From a virus (taxonomy: Duplodnaviria > Heunggongvirae > Uroviricota > Caudoviricetes), in the IMG/VR virus record IMGVR_UViG_2734482546_000011: a stretch of 23,785 nucleotides of DNA. One strand, written 5' to 3'. The notes beneath the pieces were generated by a model, which was not told where the DNA came from, made no database searches, and saw only the letters and a program-made list of their open reading frames with translations. This document shows, piece by piece, positions 1 through 11,449 of the stretch. Every line of letters starts with the position of its first letter. The first letter of the stretch is position 1. The translations under genes and the position numbers were made by a program.

Positions 1-426
1 TTAGTGCGGAAATATTTGTGTAGTGTTCTGTATGTTCTCAGTAAAGAGTAATGAATTATCAAAGGTATAGTAATACCTTTTGTTTTCGTGGATATTTGTA
101 ATCCATCTGAAAACCCCTGCTGTAGCAAGATTTTTCCTGTATTCGTAAAATGATAACTCTCCTGATTTGAATCCTTTTAAGGTGGCTTCTATAAGGCATT
201 TATTTTTTGAAAATCTTACATTTACAACCTTACCCTGTCCTTTTATTAAAACCGTATTATCGTTTTCAAGAACAAGATGAATATTCTCTGTGGCTAAATA
301 GTAAATGTAATGTGAGACATTGTGACGTTTTAGTTCAGAATAAAACCAGTGATAGTTTAAATTATTTCGCACTTTATCGAATATTTGTTTAAAAATGGCA
401 ACCTGAGCCATTGTAGTACCTTCCAT
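1..426 (-). CDS. Hypothetical protein, 141 aa (136 aa if the second in-frame ATG at 409-411 is the true start); AT-rich accessory gene next to cos, function unknown
   Basis: Complete minus-strand ORF (start codon 424-426, stop TAA at 1-3). Visibly AT-rich compared with the structural genes. The second in-frame Met is preceded by a GAAGG Shine-Dalgarno-like sequence, whereas the first ATG has a C-rich upstream region. Same orientation as, and immediately downstream of, the 77-aa ORF. Position matches ybcV/ydfO-type genes in E. coli cryptic prophages, by synteny only. Confidence 0.6.
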   Translation of the reverse strand: MEGTTMAQVAIFKQIFDKVRNNLNYHWFYSELKRHNVSHYIYYLATENIHLVLENDNTVLIKGQGKVVNVRFSKNKCLIEATLKGFKSGELSFYEYRKNLATAGVFRWITNIHENKRYYYTFDNSLLFTENIQNTTQIFPH

Positions 427-468
427 GTGATATGAGGGGGCGTAGTCTGCACGATTATCTAAATTGCT

Positions 469-702
469 TCAATCTGGTCTAACCTGTTTTCTGAGCAATT
501 CAGTAATGTCACTCTTTTCTTTGTTTGCTTCAGGCGAAACTCTTTTTTCTGAGCACAGTCTCCGGCGGCAGGCTTCAATGACCCAGGCTGAGAAATTCCC
601 GGACCCTTTTTGAACAAGAGCGATGTTAATTTGTTCAATCATTTGGTTAGGAAAGCGGATGTTGCGGGTTGTTGTTCTGCGGGTTCTGTTCTTCGTTGAC
701 AT
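469..702 (-). CDS. ylcI: YlcI/YnfO-like small basic protein (DUF3950-type), 77 aa; possible ribbon-helix-helix DNA binder
   Basis: Complete minus-strand ORF. The N-terminus MSTKNRTRRTTTRNIRFPNQMIEQINIAL...GSGNFSAWVIEACRRRL matches my recollection of E. coli DLP12 YlcI, which also sits beside a Nu1 homologue. Arg/Thr-rich basic N-terminal segment. No search was run. Confidence 0.6.
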   Translation of the reverse strand: MSTKNRTRRTTTRNIRFPNQMIEQINIALVQKGSGNFSAWVIEACRRRLCSEKRVSPEANKEKSDITELLRKQVRPD

Positions 703-859
703 GAGGTTGCCCTGTATTCAGTGTCGCTGATTTGTATTGTCTGAAGTTGTTTTTACGTTAAGTTGATGCAGATCAATTAATACGATACCTGCGTCATAAT
801 TGATTATTTGACGTGGTTTGATGGCGTAGATGCACGTTGTGACATGTAGATGATAATTA

Positions 860-1080
860 TTATCATTTTGCGGGTCCTTTCCGGCGATCCGACAGGTTAC
901 GGGGCGGAAGGCGCGCGGGTTTTCGCTATTTATGACAATTTTCCGGTTTAAGGCGTTTCCGTTCTTCTTCGCCGTAACCTAATGTTTTTATTTAAAACAC
1001 CCCCTGAAAAGAAAGGAAACGACAGGTGCTGAAAACGGGCTTTTTGGCCTCTGTCGTTTCCTTTCTCTGTTTTTGTCCGT
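860..1080. other. cos DNA-packaging site: cosQ-like region (about 860-890), cosN (902-913), cosB with Nu1-binding repeats R3 (about 951-970), R2 (about 1007-1025, inverted) and R1 (about 1051-1068)
   Basis: Flanking sequence closely matches the lambda right-end/left-end junction as I recall it (CCGACAGGTTACG | 12-mer | CGCGGGTTTTCGCTATTTATG...). The CGTTTCC(T)TTCT-type R elements lie directly upstream of nu1. Confidence 0.85.
902..913. other. cosN 12-nt cohesive-end segment, GGGCGGAAGGCG
   Basis: Located by alignment of conserved flanks with lambda cos. The first six bases match lambda GGGCGG; the last six differ (see findings). Confidence 0.6.
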
Positions 1081-1090
1081 GGAATGAACA

Positions 1091-1610
1091 ATGGAAGTCA
1101 ACAAAAAGCAGCTGGCTGACATTTTCGGTGCGAGTATCCGTACCATTCAGAACTGGCAGGAACAGGGAATGCCCGTTCTGCGAGGCGGTGGCAAGGGTAA
1201 TGAGGTGCTTTATGACTCTGCCGCCGTTATAAGATGGTATGCCGAAAGGGATGCTGAAATTGAGAACGAAAAGCTGCGCCGGGAAGTTGAAGAACTGCGG
1301 CAGGCCAGCGAGACAGATCTCCAGCCAGGGACTATTGAGTACGAACGCCATCGACTTACGCGTGCGCAGGCCGACGCACAGGAGCTGAAAAATGCCAGAG
1401 ACTCCGCTGAAGTGGTGGAAACCGCATTCTGTACTTTCGTGCTGTCGCGGATCGCAGGTGAAATTGCCAGTATTCTCGACGGGATCCCCCTGTCGGTGCA
1501 GCGGCGTTTTCCGGAACTGGAAAACCGACATGTTGATTTCCTGAAACGGGATATCATCAAAGCCATGAACAAAGCAGCCGCGCTGGATGAACTGATACCG
1601 GGGTTGCTGA

Positions 1611-1636
<26 letters not shown>
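1091..1636 (+). CDS. nu1: Terminase small subunit gpNu1, 181 aa
   Basis: Near-identical over its full length to lambda Nu1 as recalled (MEVNKKQLADIFGASIRTIQNWQEQGMPVLRGGGKGNEVLYDS...); N-terminal HTH; directly downstream of cosB. Confidence 0.97.
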
Positions 1637-5317
<3,681 letters not shown>

Positions 5318-5337
<20 letters not shown>

Positions 5338-6637
5338 TCTCCCGCATATTGCCAGCATGGCTTTTAATGAGCCGCTGATGCTTGAACCCGCCTATGCGCG
5401 GGTTTTCTTTTGTGCGCTTGCAGGCCAGCTTGGGATCAGCTGCCTGACGGATGCAGTATCCGGCGACAGCCTGACTGCCGGAGAGGCACCCGCGGCGCTG
5501 GCGTTATCCGGTGATGATGACGGACCACGACAGGCCCGCAGTTATCAGGTAATGAACGGCATCGCCGTGCTGCCGGTGTCCGGCACGCTGGTCAGCCGGA
5601 CGCGGGCGCTGCAGCCGTACTCGGGGATGACCGGTTACAACGGCATTATCGCCCGTCTGCAACAGGCTGCCAGCGACCCGATGGTGGACGGCATTCTGCT
5701 CGATATGGACACACCGGGCGGAATGGTGGCGGGAGCATTTGACTGCGCTGACATCATCGCCCGTGTGCGTGACATAAAGCCGGTATGGGCGCTGGCCAAT
5801 GACATGAACTGCAGCGCAGGTCAGCTGCTTGCCAGTGCCGCCTCCCGGCGTCTGGTCACGCAGACCGCCCGGACAGGCTCCATCGGCGTCATGATGGCTC
5901 ACAGTAATTACGGCGCTGCACTGGAGAAACAGGGCGTGGAAATCACGCTGATTTACAGCGGCAGCCATAAGGTGGATGGCAACCCCTACAGCCATCTACC
6001 GGATGATGTCCGGGAAACATTGCAGTCCCGGATGGATGCAACCCGCCGGATGTTTGCACAGAAGGTGTCGGCATATACCGGCCTGTCCGTGCAGGCTGTG
6101 CTGGATACCGAGGCTGCAGTGTACAGCGGTCAGGAGGCCATTGATGCCGGACTGGCTGATGAACTTGTTAACAGTACCGATGCGATCACCGTCATGCGTG
6201 ATGCACTGGATGCACGTAAATCCCGTCTCTCAGGAGGGCGAATGACCAAAGAGACTCAATCAACAACTGTTTCAGCCACTGCTTCGCAGGCTGACGTTAC
6301 TGGCGTGGTGCAAGCGACGGAGGGCGAGAACGCCAGCGCGGCGCAGCCGGACGTGAACGCGCAGATCACCGCAGCGGTTGCGGCAGAAAACAGTCGCATT
6401 ATGGGGATCCTCAACTGTGAGGAGGCTCACGGACGCGAAGAACAGGCACGCGTGCTGGCCGAAACCCCCGGTATGACCGTGGAAACGGCCCGCCGTATTC
6501 TGGCCGCAGCACCACAGAGTGCACAGACGCGCAGTGACACTGCGCTGGATCGTCTGATGCAGGGGGCACCGGCACCGCTGGCTGCAGGTAACCCGGCATC
6601 TGATGCCGTTAACGATTTGCTGAACACACCAGTGTAA
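5318..6637 (+). CDS. C: Head maturation protease / scaffold gpC, 439 aa, GTG start
   Basis: Matches lambda gpC from (M)TAELRNLPHIASMAFNEPLMLEP.... GTG at 5318-5320 is preceded by a GAGGAGGAG Shine-Dalgarno. Overlaps the 3' end of B in another frame. The track ORF 5183-6637 extends upstream of the real start. Confidence 0.93.
6032..6637 (+). CDS. nu3: Scaffolding protein gpNu3, 201 aa, nested in-frame within the C-terminal part of C
   Basis: In-frame internal ATG at 6032 giving MDATRRMFAQKVSAY..., the same arrangement and length as lambda nu3. Confidence 0.85.
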   Translation: MDATRRMFAQKVSAYTGLSVQAVLDTEAAVYSGQEAIDAGLADELVNSTDAITVMRDALDARKSRLSGGRMTKETQSTTVSATASQADVTGVVQATEGENASAAQPDVNAQITAAVAAENSRIMGILNCEEAHGREEQARVLAETPGMTVETARRILAAAPQSAQTRSDTALDRLMQGAPAPLAAGNPASDAVNDLLNTPV

Positions 6638-6646
6638 GGGATGTTT

Positions 6647-6979
6647 ATGACGAGCAAAGAAACCTTTACCCATTACCAGCCGCTGGGCAATAGTGACCCG
6701 GCTCATACCGCAACCGCGCCCGGCGGATTGAGTGCGAAAGCGCCTGCAATGACCCCGCTGATGCTGGACACCTCCACCCGTAAGCTGGTTGCGTGGGATG
6801 GCACCACCGACGGTGCTGCCGTTGGCATTCTTGCGGTTGCTGCTGACCAGACCAGCACCACACTGACGTTCTACAAGTCCGGCACGTTCCGTTATGAGGA
6901 TGTGCTCTGGCCGGAGGCTGCCAGCGACGAGACGAAAAAACGGACCGTGTTTGCCGGAACGGCAATCAGCATCGTTTAA
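6647..6979 (+). CDS. D: Head decoration protein gpD, 110 aa
   Basis: Matches lambda gpD ([41 protein letters not shown]...). The ATG at 6647 is chosen over 6641 by homology. Confidence 0.95.
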   Translation: MTSKETFTHYQPLGNSDPAHTATAPGGLSAKAPAMTPLMLDTSTRKLVAWDGTTDGAAVGILAVAADQTSTTLTFYKSGTFRYEDVLWPEAASDETKKRTVFAGTAISIV

Positions 6980-7034
6980 CTTTACCCTTCATCACTAAAG
7001 GCCGCCTGTGTGGCTTTTTTTACGGGATTTTTTT

Positions 7035-8060
7035 ATGTCGATGTACACAACCGCCCAGCTGCTGGCGGCAAATGAGCAGAAATTTAAGTTTGATCCGCTG
7101 TTTCTGCGTCTCTTTTTCCGTGAGAGCTATCCCTTCACTACGGAGAAAGTCTATCTCTCACAAATTCCGGGACTGGTAAACATGGCGCTGTACGTTTCGC
7201 CGATTGTTTCCGGTGAGGTTATCCGTTCCCGTGGCGGCTCCACCTCTGAATTTACGCCGGGATATGTCAAACCCAAGCATGAGGTGAATCCGCAGATGAC
7301 CCTGCGTCGCCTGCCGGATGAAGATCCGCAGAATCTGGCGGACCCGGCTTACCGCCGCCGTCGCATCATCATGCAGAACATGCGTGACGAAGAGCTGGCC
7401 ATTGCTCAGGTCGAAGAGATGCAGGCAGTTTCTGCCGTGCTCAAGGGCAAATACACCATGACCGGTGAAGCCTTCGATCCGGTTGAGGTGGATATGGGCC
7501 GCAGTGCGGCGAACAACATCACACAGTCCGGCGTCACGGAGTGGAGCAAGCGTGACAAGTCCACGTATGACCCGACCGACGATATCGAAGCCTACGCGCT
7601 GAACGCCAGCGGTGTGGTGAATATCATCGTGTTTGACCCGAAAGGCTGGGCGCTGTTCCGTTCCTTCAAAGCCGTCAAGGAGAAGCTGGATACCCGTCGC
7701 GGCTCTCATTCCGAGCTGGAGACAGCGGTAAAAGACCTGGGCAAAGCGGTGTCCTATAAGGGAATGTATGGCGATGTGGCCATCGTCGTGTATTCCGGAC
7801 AGTACGTGGAAAACGGCGTCAAAAAGAACTTCCTGCCGGACAACACGATGGTGCTGGGGAACACTCAGGCTCGCGGTCTGCGCACCTATGGCTGCATTCA
7901 GGATGCGGACGCACAGCGCGAAGGCATTAACGCTTCTGCCCGTTACCCGAAAAACTGGGTGACCACCGGCGATCCGGCGCGTGAGTTCACCATGATTCAG
8001 TCAGCACCGCTGATGCTGCTGGCTGATCCTGATGAGTTCGTGTCCGTTCAACTGGCGTAA
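7035..8060 (+). CDS. E: Major capsid protein gpE, 341 aa
   Basis: Matches lambda gpE (MSMYTTAQLLAANEQKFKFDPLFLRLFFRESYPF...). The track ORF starts 27 nt upstream (7008); the start is set by homology. Confidence 0.96.
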   Translation: MSMYTTAQLLAANEQKFKFDPLFLRLFFRESYPFTTEKVYLSQIPGLVNMALYVSPIVSGEVIRSRGGSTSEFTPGYVKPKHEVNPQMTLRRLPDEDPQNLADPAYRRRRIIMQNMRDEELAIAQVEEMQAVSAVLKGKYTMTGEAFDPVEVDMGRSAANNITQSGVTEWSKRDKSTYDPTDDIEAYALNASGVVNIIVFDPKGWALFRSFKAVKEKLDTRRGSHSELETAVKDLGKAVSYKGMYGDVAIVVYSGQYVENGVKKNFLPDNTMVLGNTQARGLRTYGCIQDADAQREGINASARYPKNWVTTGDPAREFTMIQSAPLMLLADPDEFVSVQLA

Positions 8061-8062
8061 TC

Positions 8063-8089
8063 ATGGCCCTTCGGGGCCATTTTCTCTCT
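8063..8089 (+). promoter_or_regulatory. Intercistronic GC-rich hairpin (ATGGCCC-TTCG-GGGCCAT, UUCG tetraloop) followed by a U/C-rich tract; possible mRNA-stability or attenuation element between E and FI
   Basis: Perfect 7-bp inverted repeat with a TTCG loop 3 nt after the E stop codon, followed by TTTCTCTCT and then the GGAGG Shine-Dalgarno of FI. Confidence 0.35.
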
Positions 8090-8101
8090 GTGGAGGAGTT
8101 C

Positions 8102-8500
8102 ATGACGAAAGATGAACTGATTGCCCGTCTTCAGGAGCTGGGTGAGCAATTGAACCGCGATGTCAGTTTGACGGGAACGAAAGAAGAACTGGCGCTTCGT
8201 GTGGCAGAGCTGGAAGAAGAGCTTGATGACACGGATGAAACTGCCGGTCAGGACACCCCTCTCAGCCGGGAAAATGTGCTGACCGGGCATGAAAATGAGG
8301 TGGTATCAGCGCAGCCGGATACCGTGATTCAGGATACGGCTGAACTGGTCACGGTCGTGGCACTGGTGACGCTGCATACTGATGCACTTCACGCCACGCG
8401 GGATAAACCTGTGGCATTTGTGCTGCCGGGAACGGCGTTTCGTGTCTCTGCCGGTGTGGCAGCCGAAATGACAGAGCGCGGCCTGGCCAGAATGCAATAA
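8102..8500 (+). CDS. FI: DNA-packaging accessory protein gpFI, 132 aa
   Basis: Matches lambda FI (MTKDELIARLQELGEQLNRDVSLTGTKEELALRVAELEEELDDTDE...). GGAGG Shine-Dalgarno at 8093-8097. Confidence 0.95.
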   Translation: MTKDELIARLQELGEQLNRDVSLTGTKEELALRVAELEEELDDTDETAGQDTPLSRENVLTGHENEVVSAQPDTVIQDTAELVTVVALVTLHTDALHATRDKPVAFVLPGTAFRVSAGVAAEMTERGLARMQ

Positions 8501-8511
8501 CGGGAGGCGCT

Positions 8512-8865
8512 GTGGCTGATTTCGATAACCTGTTCGATGCTGCCATTGCCCGCGCCGATGAAACGATACGCGGGTACATGGGAACGTCAGCCACCATGAC
8601 ATCCGGTGAGCAGTCAGGTGCGGTGATACGTGGTGTTTTTGATGACCCTGAAAATATCAGCTATGCCGGACAGGGCGTGCGCGTTGAAGGCTCCAGCCCG
8701 TCCCTGTTTGTCCGGACTGATGAGGTGCGGCAGCTGCGGCGTGGAGACACGCTGACCATCGGTGAGGAAAATTTCTGGGTAGATCGGGTTTCGCCGGATG
8801 ATGGCGGAAGTTGTCATCTCTGGCTTGGACGGGGCGTACCGCCTGCCGTTAACCGTCGCCGCTGA
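8512..8865 (+). CDS. FII: Head-tail joining protein gpFII, 117 aa, GTG start
   Basis: Matches lambda FII (MADFDNLFDAAIARADETIRGYMGTSAT...). GGGAGG Shine-Dalgarno at 8502-8507. Confidence 0.95.
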   Translation: MADFDNLFDAAIARADETIRGYMGTSATMTSGEQSGAVIRGVFDDPENISYAGQGVRVEGSSPSLFVRTDEVRQLRRGDTLTIGEENFWVDRVSPDDGGSCHLWLGRGVPPAVNRRR

Positions 8866-8876
8866 AAGGGGGATGT

Positions 8877-9455
8877 ATGGCCATAAAAGGTCTTGAGCAG
8901 GCCGTTGAAAACCTCAGCCGTATCAGCAAAACGGCGGTGCCCGGTGCCGCCGCAATGGCCATTAACCGCGTTGCTTCATCCGCGATATCGCAGTCTGCGT
9001 CACAGGTTGCCCGTGAGACAAAGGTACGCCGGAAACTGGTAAAGGAAAGGGCCAGGCTGAAAAGGGCCACGGTCAAAAATCCGCAGGCCAGAATCAAAGT
9101 TAACCGGGGGGATTTGCCCGTAATCAAGCTGGGTAATGCGCGGGTTGTCCTGTCCCGCCGCAGGCGTCATAAAAAGGGGCAGCGTTCATCCCTGAAAGGT
9201 GGCGGCAGCGTGCTTGTGGTGGGTAACCGTCGTATTCCCGGCGCGTTTATTCAGCAACTGAAAAACGGCCGGTGGCATGTTATGCAGCGTGTGGCCGGGA
9301 AAAACCGTTACCCCATTGATGTGGTGAAAATCCCGATGGCGGTGCCGCTGACCACGGCGTTTAAACAGAATATTGAACGGATACGGCGTGAACGTCTTCC
9401 GAAAGAGCTGGGCTATGCGCTGCAGCATCAACTGAGAATGGTAATAAAGCGATGA
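8877..9455 (+). CDS. Z: Tail completion protein gpZ, 192 aa
   Basis: Matches lambda gpZ (MAIKGLEQAVENLSRISKTAVPGAAAMAINRVASSAISQSASQVARETK...). Confidence 0.95.
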   Translation: MAIKGLEQAVENLSRISKTAVPGAAAMAINRVASSAISQSASQVARETKVRRKLVKERARLKRATVKNPQARIKVNRGDLPVIKLGNARVVLSRRRRHKKGQRSSLKGGGSVLVVGNRRIPGAFIQQLKNGRWHVMQRVAGKNRYPIDVVKIPMAVPLTTAFKQNIERIRRERLPKELGYALQHQLRMVIKR

Positions 9456-9847
9456 AACATACTGAACTCCGTGCAGCCGTACTGGATGCACTGGAGAAGC
9501 ATGACACCGGGGCGACGCTTTTTGATGGTCGCCCCGCTGTTTTTGATGAGGAAGATTTTCCGGCAATTGCCGTTTATCTCACCGGCGCTGAATACACGGG
9601 CGAAGAGCTGGACAGCGATACCTGGCAGGCGGAGCTGCATATTGAAGTTTTCCTGCCTGCTCAGGTGCCGGATTCAGAGCTGGATTCGTGGATGGAGTCC
9701 CGGATTTATCCTGTGATGAGCGATATCCCGGCACTGTCAGATTTGATCACCAGTATGGTGGCCAGCGGCTATGACTACCGGCGCGACGATGATGCGGGCC
9801 TGTGGAGTTCAGCCGATCTGACTTATGTCATTATCTATGAAATGTGA
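9452..9847 (+). CDS. U: Tail terminator protein gpU, 131 aa
   Basis: Matches lambda gpU ([22 protein letters not shown]...). ATGA overlap with Z. Confidence 0.95.
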   Translation: MKHTELRAAVLDALEKHDTGATLFDGRPAVFDEEDFPAIAVYLTGAEYTGEELDSDTWQAELHIEVFLPAQVPDSELDSWMESRIYPVMSDIPALSDLITSMVASGYDYRRDDDAGLWSSADLTYVIIYEM

Positions 9848-9854
9848 GGACGCT

Positions 9855-10595
9855 ATGCCTGTACCAAATCCTACAATGCCGGTGAAAGGTGCCGGGACCA
9901 CCCTGTGGGTTTATAAGGGGAGCGGTGACCCTTATGCGAACCCGCTTTCAGACGTTGACTGGTCGCGTCTGGCAAAAGTTAAAGACCTGACGCCCGGCGA
10001 ACTGACCGCTGAGTCCTATGACGACAGCTATCTCGATGATGAAGATGCAGACTGGACTGCGACCGGGCAGGGGCAGAAATCTGCCGGAGATACCAGCTTC
10101 ACGCTGGCGTGGATGCCCGGAGAGCAGGGGCAGCAGGCGCTGCTGGCGTGGTTTAATGAAGGTGATACCCGTGCCTATAAAATCCGCTTCCCGAACGGCA
10201 CGGTCGATGTGTTCCGTGGCTGGGTCAGCAGTATCGGTAAGGCGGTGACGGCGAAGGAGGTGATTACCCGCACGGTGAAGGTCACCAATGTGGGACGTCC
10301 GTCGATGGCAGAAGATCGCAGCACGGTGACGGCGACGACCGGCATGACGGTGACACCCGCCAGTGCTTCCGTAGTGAAAGGGCAGAGCACCACGCTGACC
10401 GTGGCATTCCAGCCGGATGGCGCAACCGACAAGAGCTTCCGTGCGGTGTCTGCGGATAAAACAAAAGCCACCGTGTCGGTCAGTGGTATGACCATCACCG
10501 TGAAAGGTGTTGCTGCAGGCAAGGTCAACATTCCGGTCGTATCTGGTAATGGTGAGTTTGCTGCGGTTGCAGAAATCAACGTCACCGCCAGTTAA
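9855..10595 (+). CDS. V: Major tail tube protein gpV, 246 aa
   Basis: Matches lambda gpV ([36 protein letters not shown]...) with the C-terminal Ig-like domain. The track ORF starts upstream (9825); the start is set by homology. Confidence 0.95.
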   Translation: MPVPNPTMPVKGAGTTLWVYKGSGDPYANPLSDVDWSRLAKVKDLTPGELTAESYDDSYLDDEDADWTATGQGQKSAGDTSFTLAWMPGEQGQQALLAWFNEGDTRAYKIRFPNGTVDVFRGWVSSIGKAVTAKEVITRTVKVTNVGRPSMAEDRSTVTATTGMTVTPASASVVKGQSTTLTVAFQPDGATDKSFRAVSADKTKATVSVSGMTITVKGVAAGKVNIPVVSGNGEFAAVAEINVTAS

Positions 10596-10610
10596 TCCGG
10601 AGAGTCAGCG

Positions 10611-11033
10611 ATGTTCCTGAAAACCGAATCATTTGAACATAACGGTGTGACCGTCACGCTTTCTGAACTGTCAGCCCTGCAGCGTATTGAGCATCTCGAC
10701 CTGATGAAACGGCAGGCAGAACAGGCGGAGTCAGACAGCAACCGGAAGTTTACTGTGGAAGACGCCATCAGAACCGGCGCTTTTGTGGTTGCGATGTCCC
10801 TGTGGCATAACCATCCGAAGAAGACGCAGATGCCGTCCATGAATGAAGCCGTTAAACAGATTGAGCAGGAAGTGCTTACCACCTGGCCCACAGAGGCAAT
10901 TTCTCATGCTGAAAACGTGGTGTACCGGCTGTCCGGTATGTATGAGTTTGTGGTGAATGATGCTCCTGAACAGGCAGAGGACGCCGGGCCTGCAGAGCCT
11001 GTTTCTGCGGGAAAGTGTTCGACGGTGAGCTGA
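10611..11033 (+). CDS. G: Tail assembly chaperone gpG, 140 aa
   Basis: Matches lambda gpG (MFLKTESFEHNGVTVTLSELSALQRIEHLDLMKRQAEQAE...). Confidence 0.95.
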   Translation: MFLKTESFEHNGVTVTLSELSALQRIEHLDLMKRQAEQAESDSNRKFTVEDAIRTGAFVVAMSLWHNHPKKTQMPSMNEAVKQIEQEVLTTWPTEAISHAENVVYRLSGMYEFVVNDAPEQAEDAGPAEPVSAGKCSTVS

Positions 11034-11449
11034 GTTTTGCCCTGAAACTGGCGCGTGAGATGGGGCGACCCGACTGGCGCGCCATGCTTGCCGGGATGTC
11101 ATCCACGGAGTATGCCGACTGGCACCGCTTTTACAGTACCCATTATTTTCATGATGTTCTGCTGGATATGCACTTTTCCGGGCTGACGTACACCGTGCTC
11201 AGCCTGTTTTTCAGCGATCCGGAGATGCATCCGCTGGATTTCAGTCTGCTGAACCGGCGCGAGGCTGACGAAGAGCCTGAAGATGATGTGCTGATGCAGA
11301 AAGCGGCAGGGCTTGCCGGAGGTGTCCGCTTTGGCCCGGACGGGAATGAAGTTATCCCCGCTTCCCCGGATGTGGCGGACATGACGGAGGATGACGTAAT
11401 GCTGATGACAGTATCAGAAGGGATCGCAGGAGGAGTCCGGTATGGCTGA
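10611..11449 (+). CDS. T: Tail assembly chaperone gpG-T fusion made by a programmed -1 ribosomal frameshift at 11009-11015; T-frame portion 11015-11449
   Basis: Slippery heptamer G GGA AAG at 11009-11015 near the 3' end of G. The -1 frame continues open as VFDGELSFALKLAREMGRPDWRAM..., which matches lambda T. The T frame has no independent start with an RBS. Confidence 0.88.
11009..11015 (+). other. Programmed -1 frameshift slippery site GGGAAAG (recoding signal)
   Basis: Canonical X XXY YYZ heptamer in the G frame, positioned where the conserved G/G-T frameshift of long-tailed phages occurs. Confidence 0.85.

Noticed and set aside
207-392. 61-aa ORF on the plus strand
   Set aside because: Embedded antisense in the 141-aa minus-strand ORF; AT-rich sequence yields short chance ORFs.
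703-860. Possible attachment site, integrase or other mobile-element boundary near cos
   Set aside because: No integrase, transposase or att-like repeats are visible; the region is the lambda-like cosQ-proximal non-coding sequence. The prophage ends (att/int) must lie outside this window.
6980-7034. Weak hairpin plus T-run (AAAGGCC...GGCTTTTTTT) between D and E as a terminator
   Set aside because: The stem is short and bulged and it sits directly in front of the most highly expressed head gene; at most a weak attenuator, not reported as a feature.
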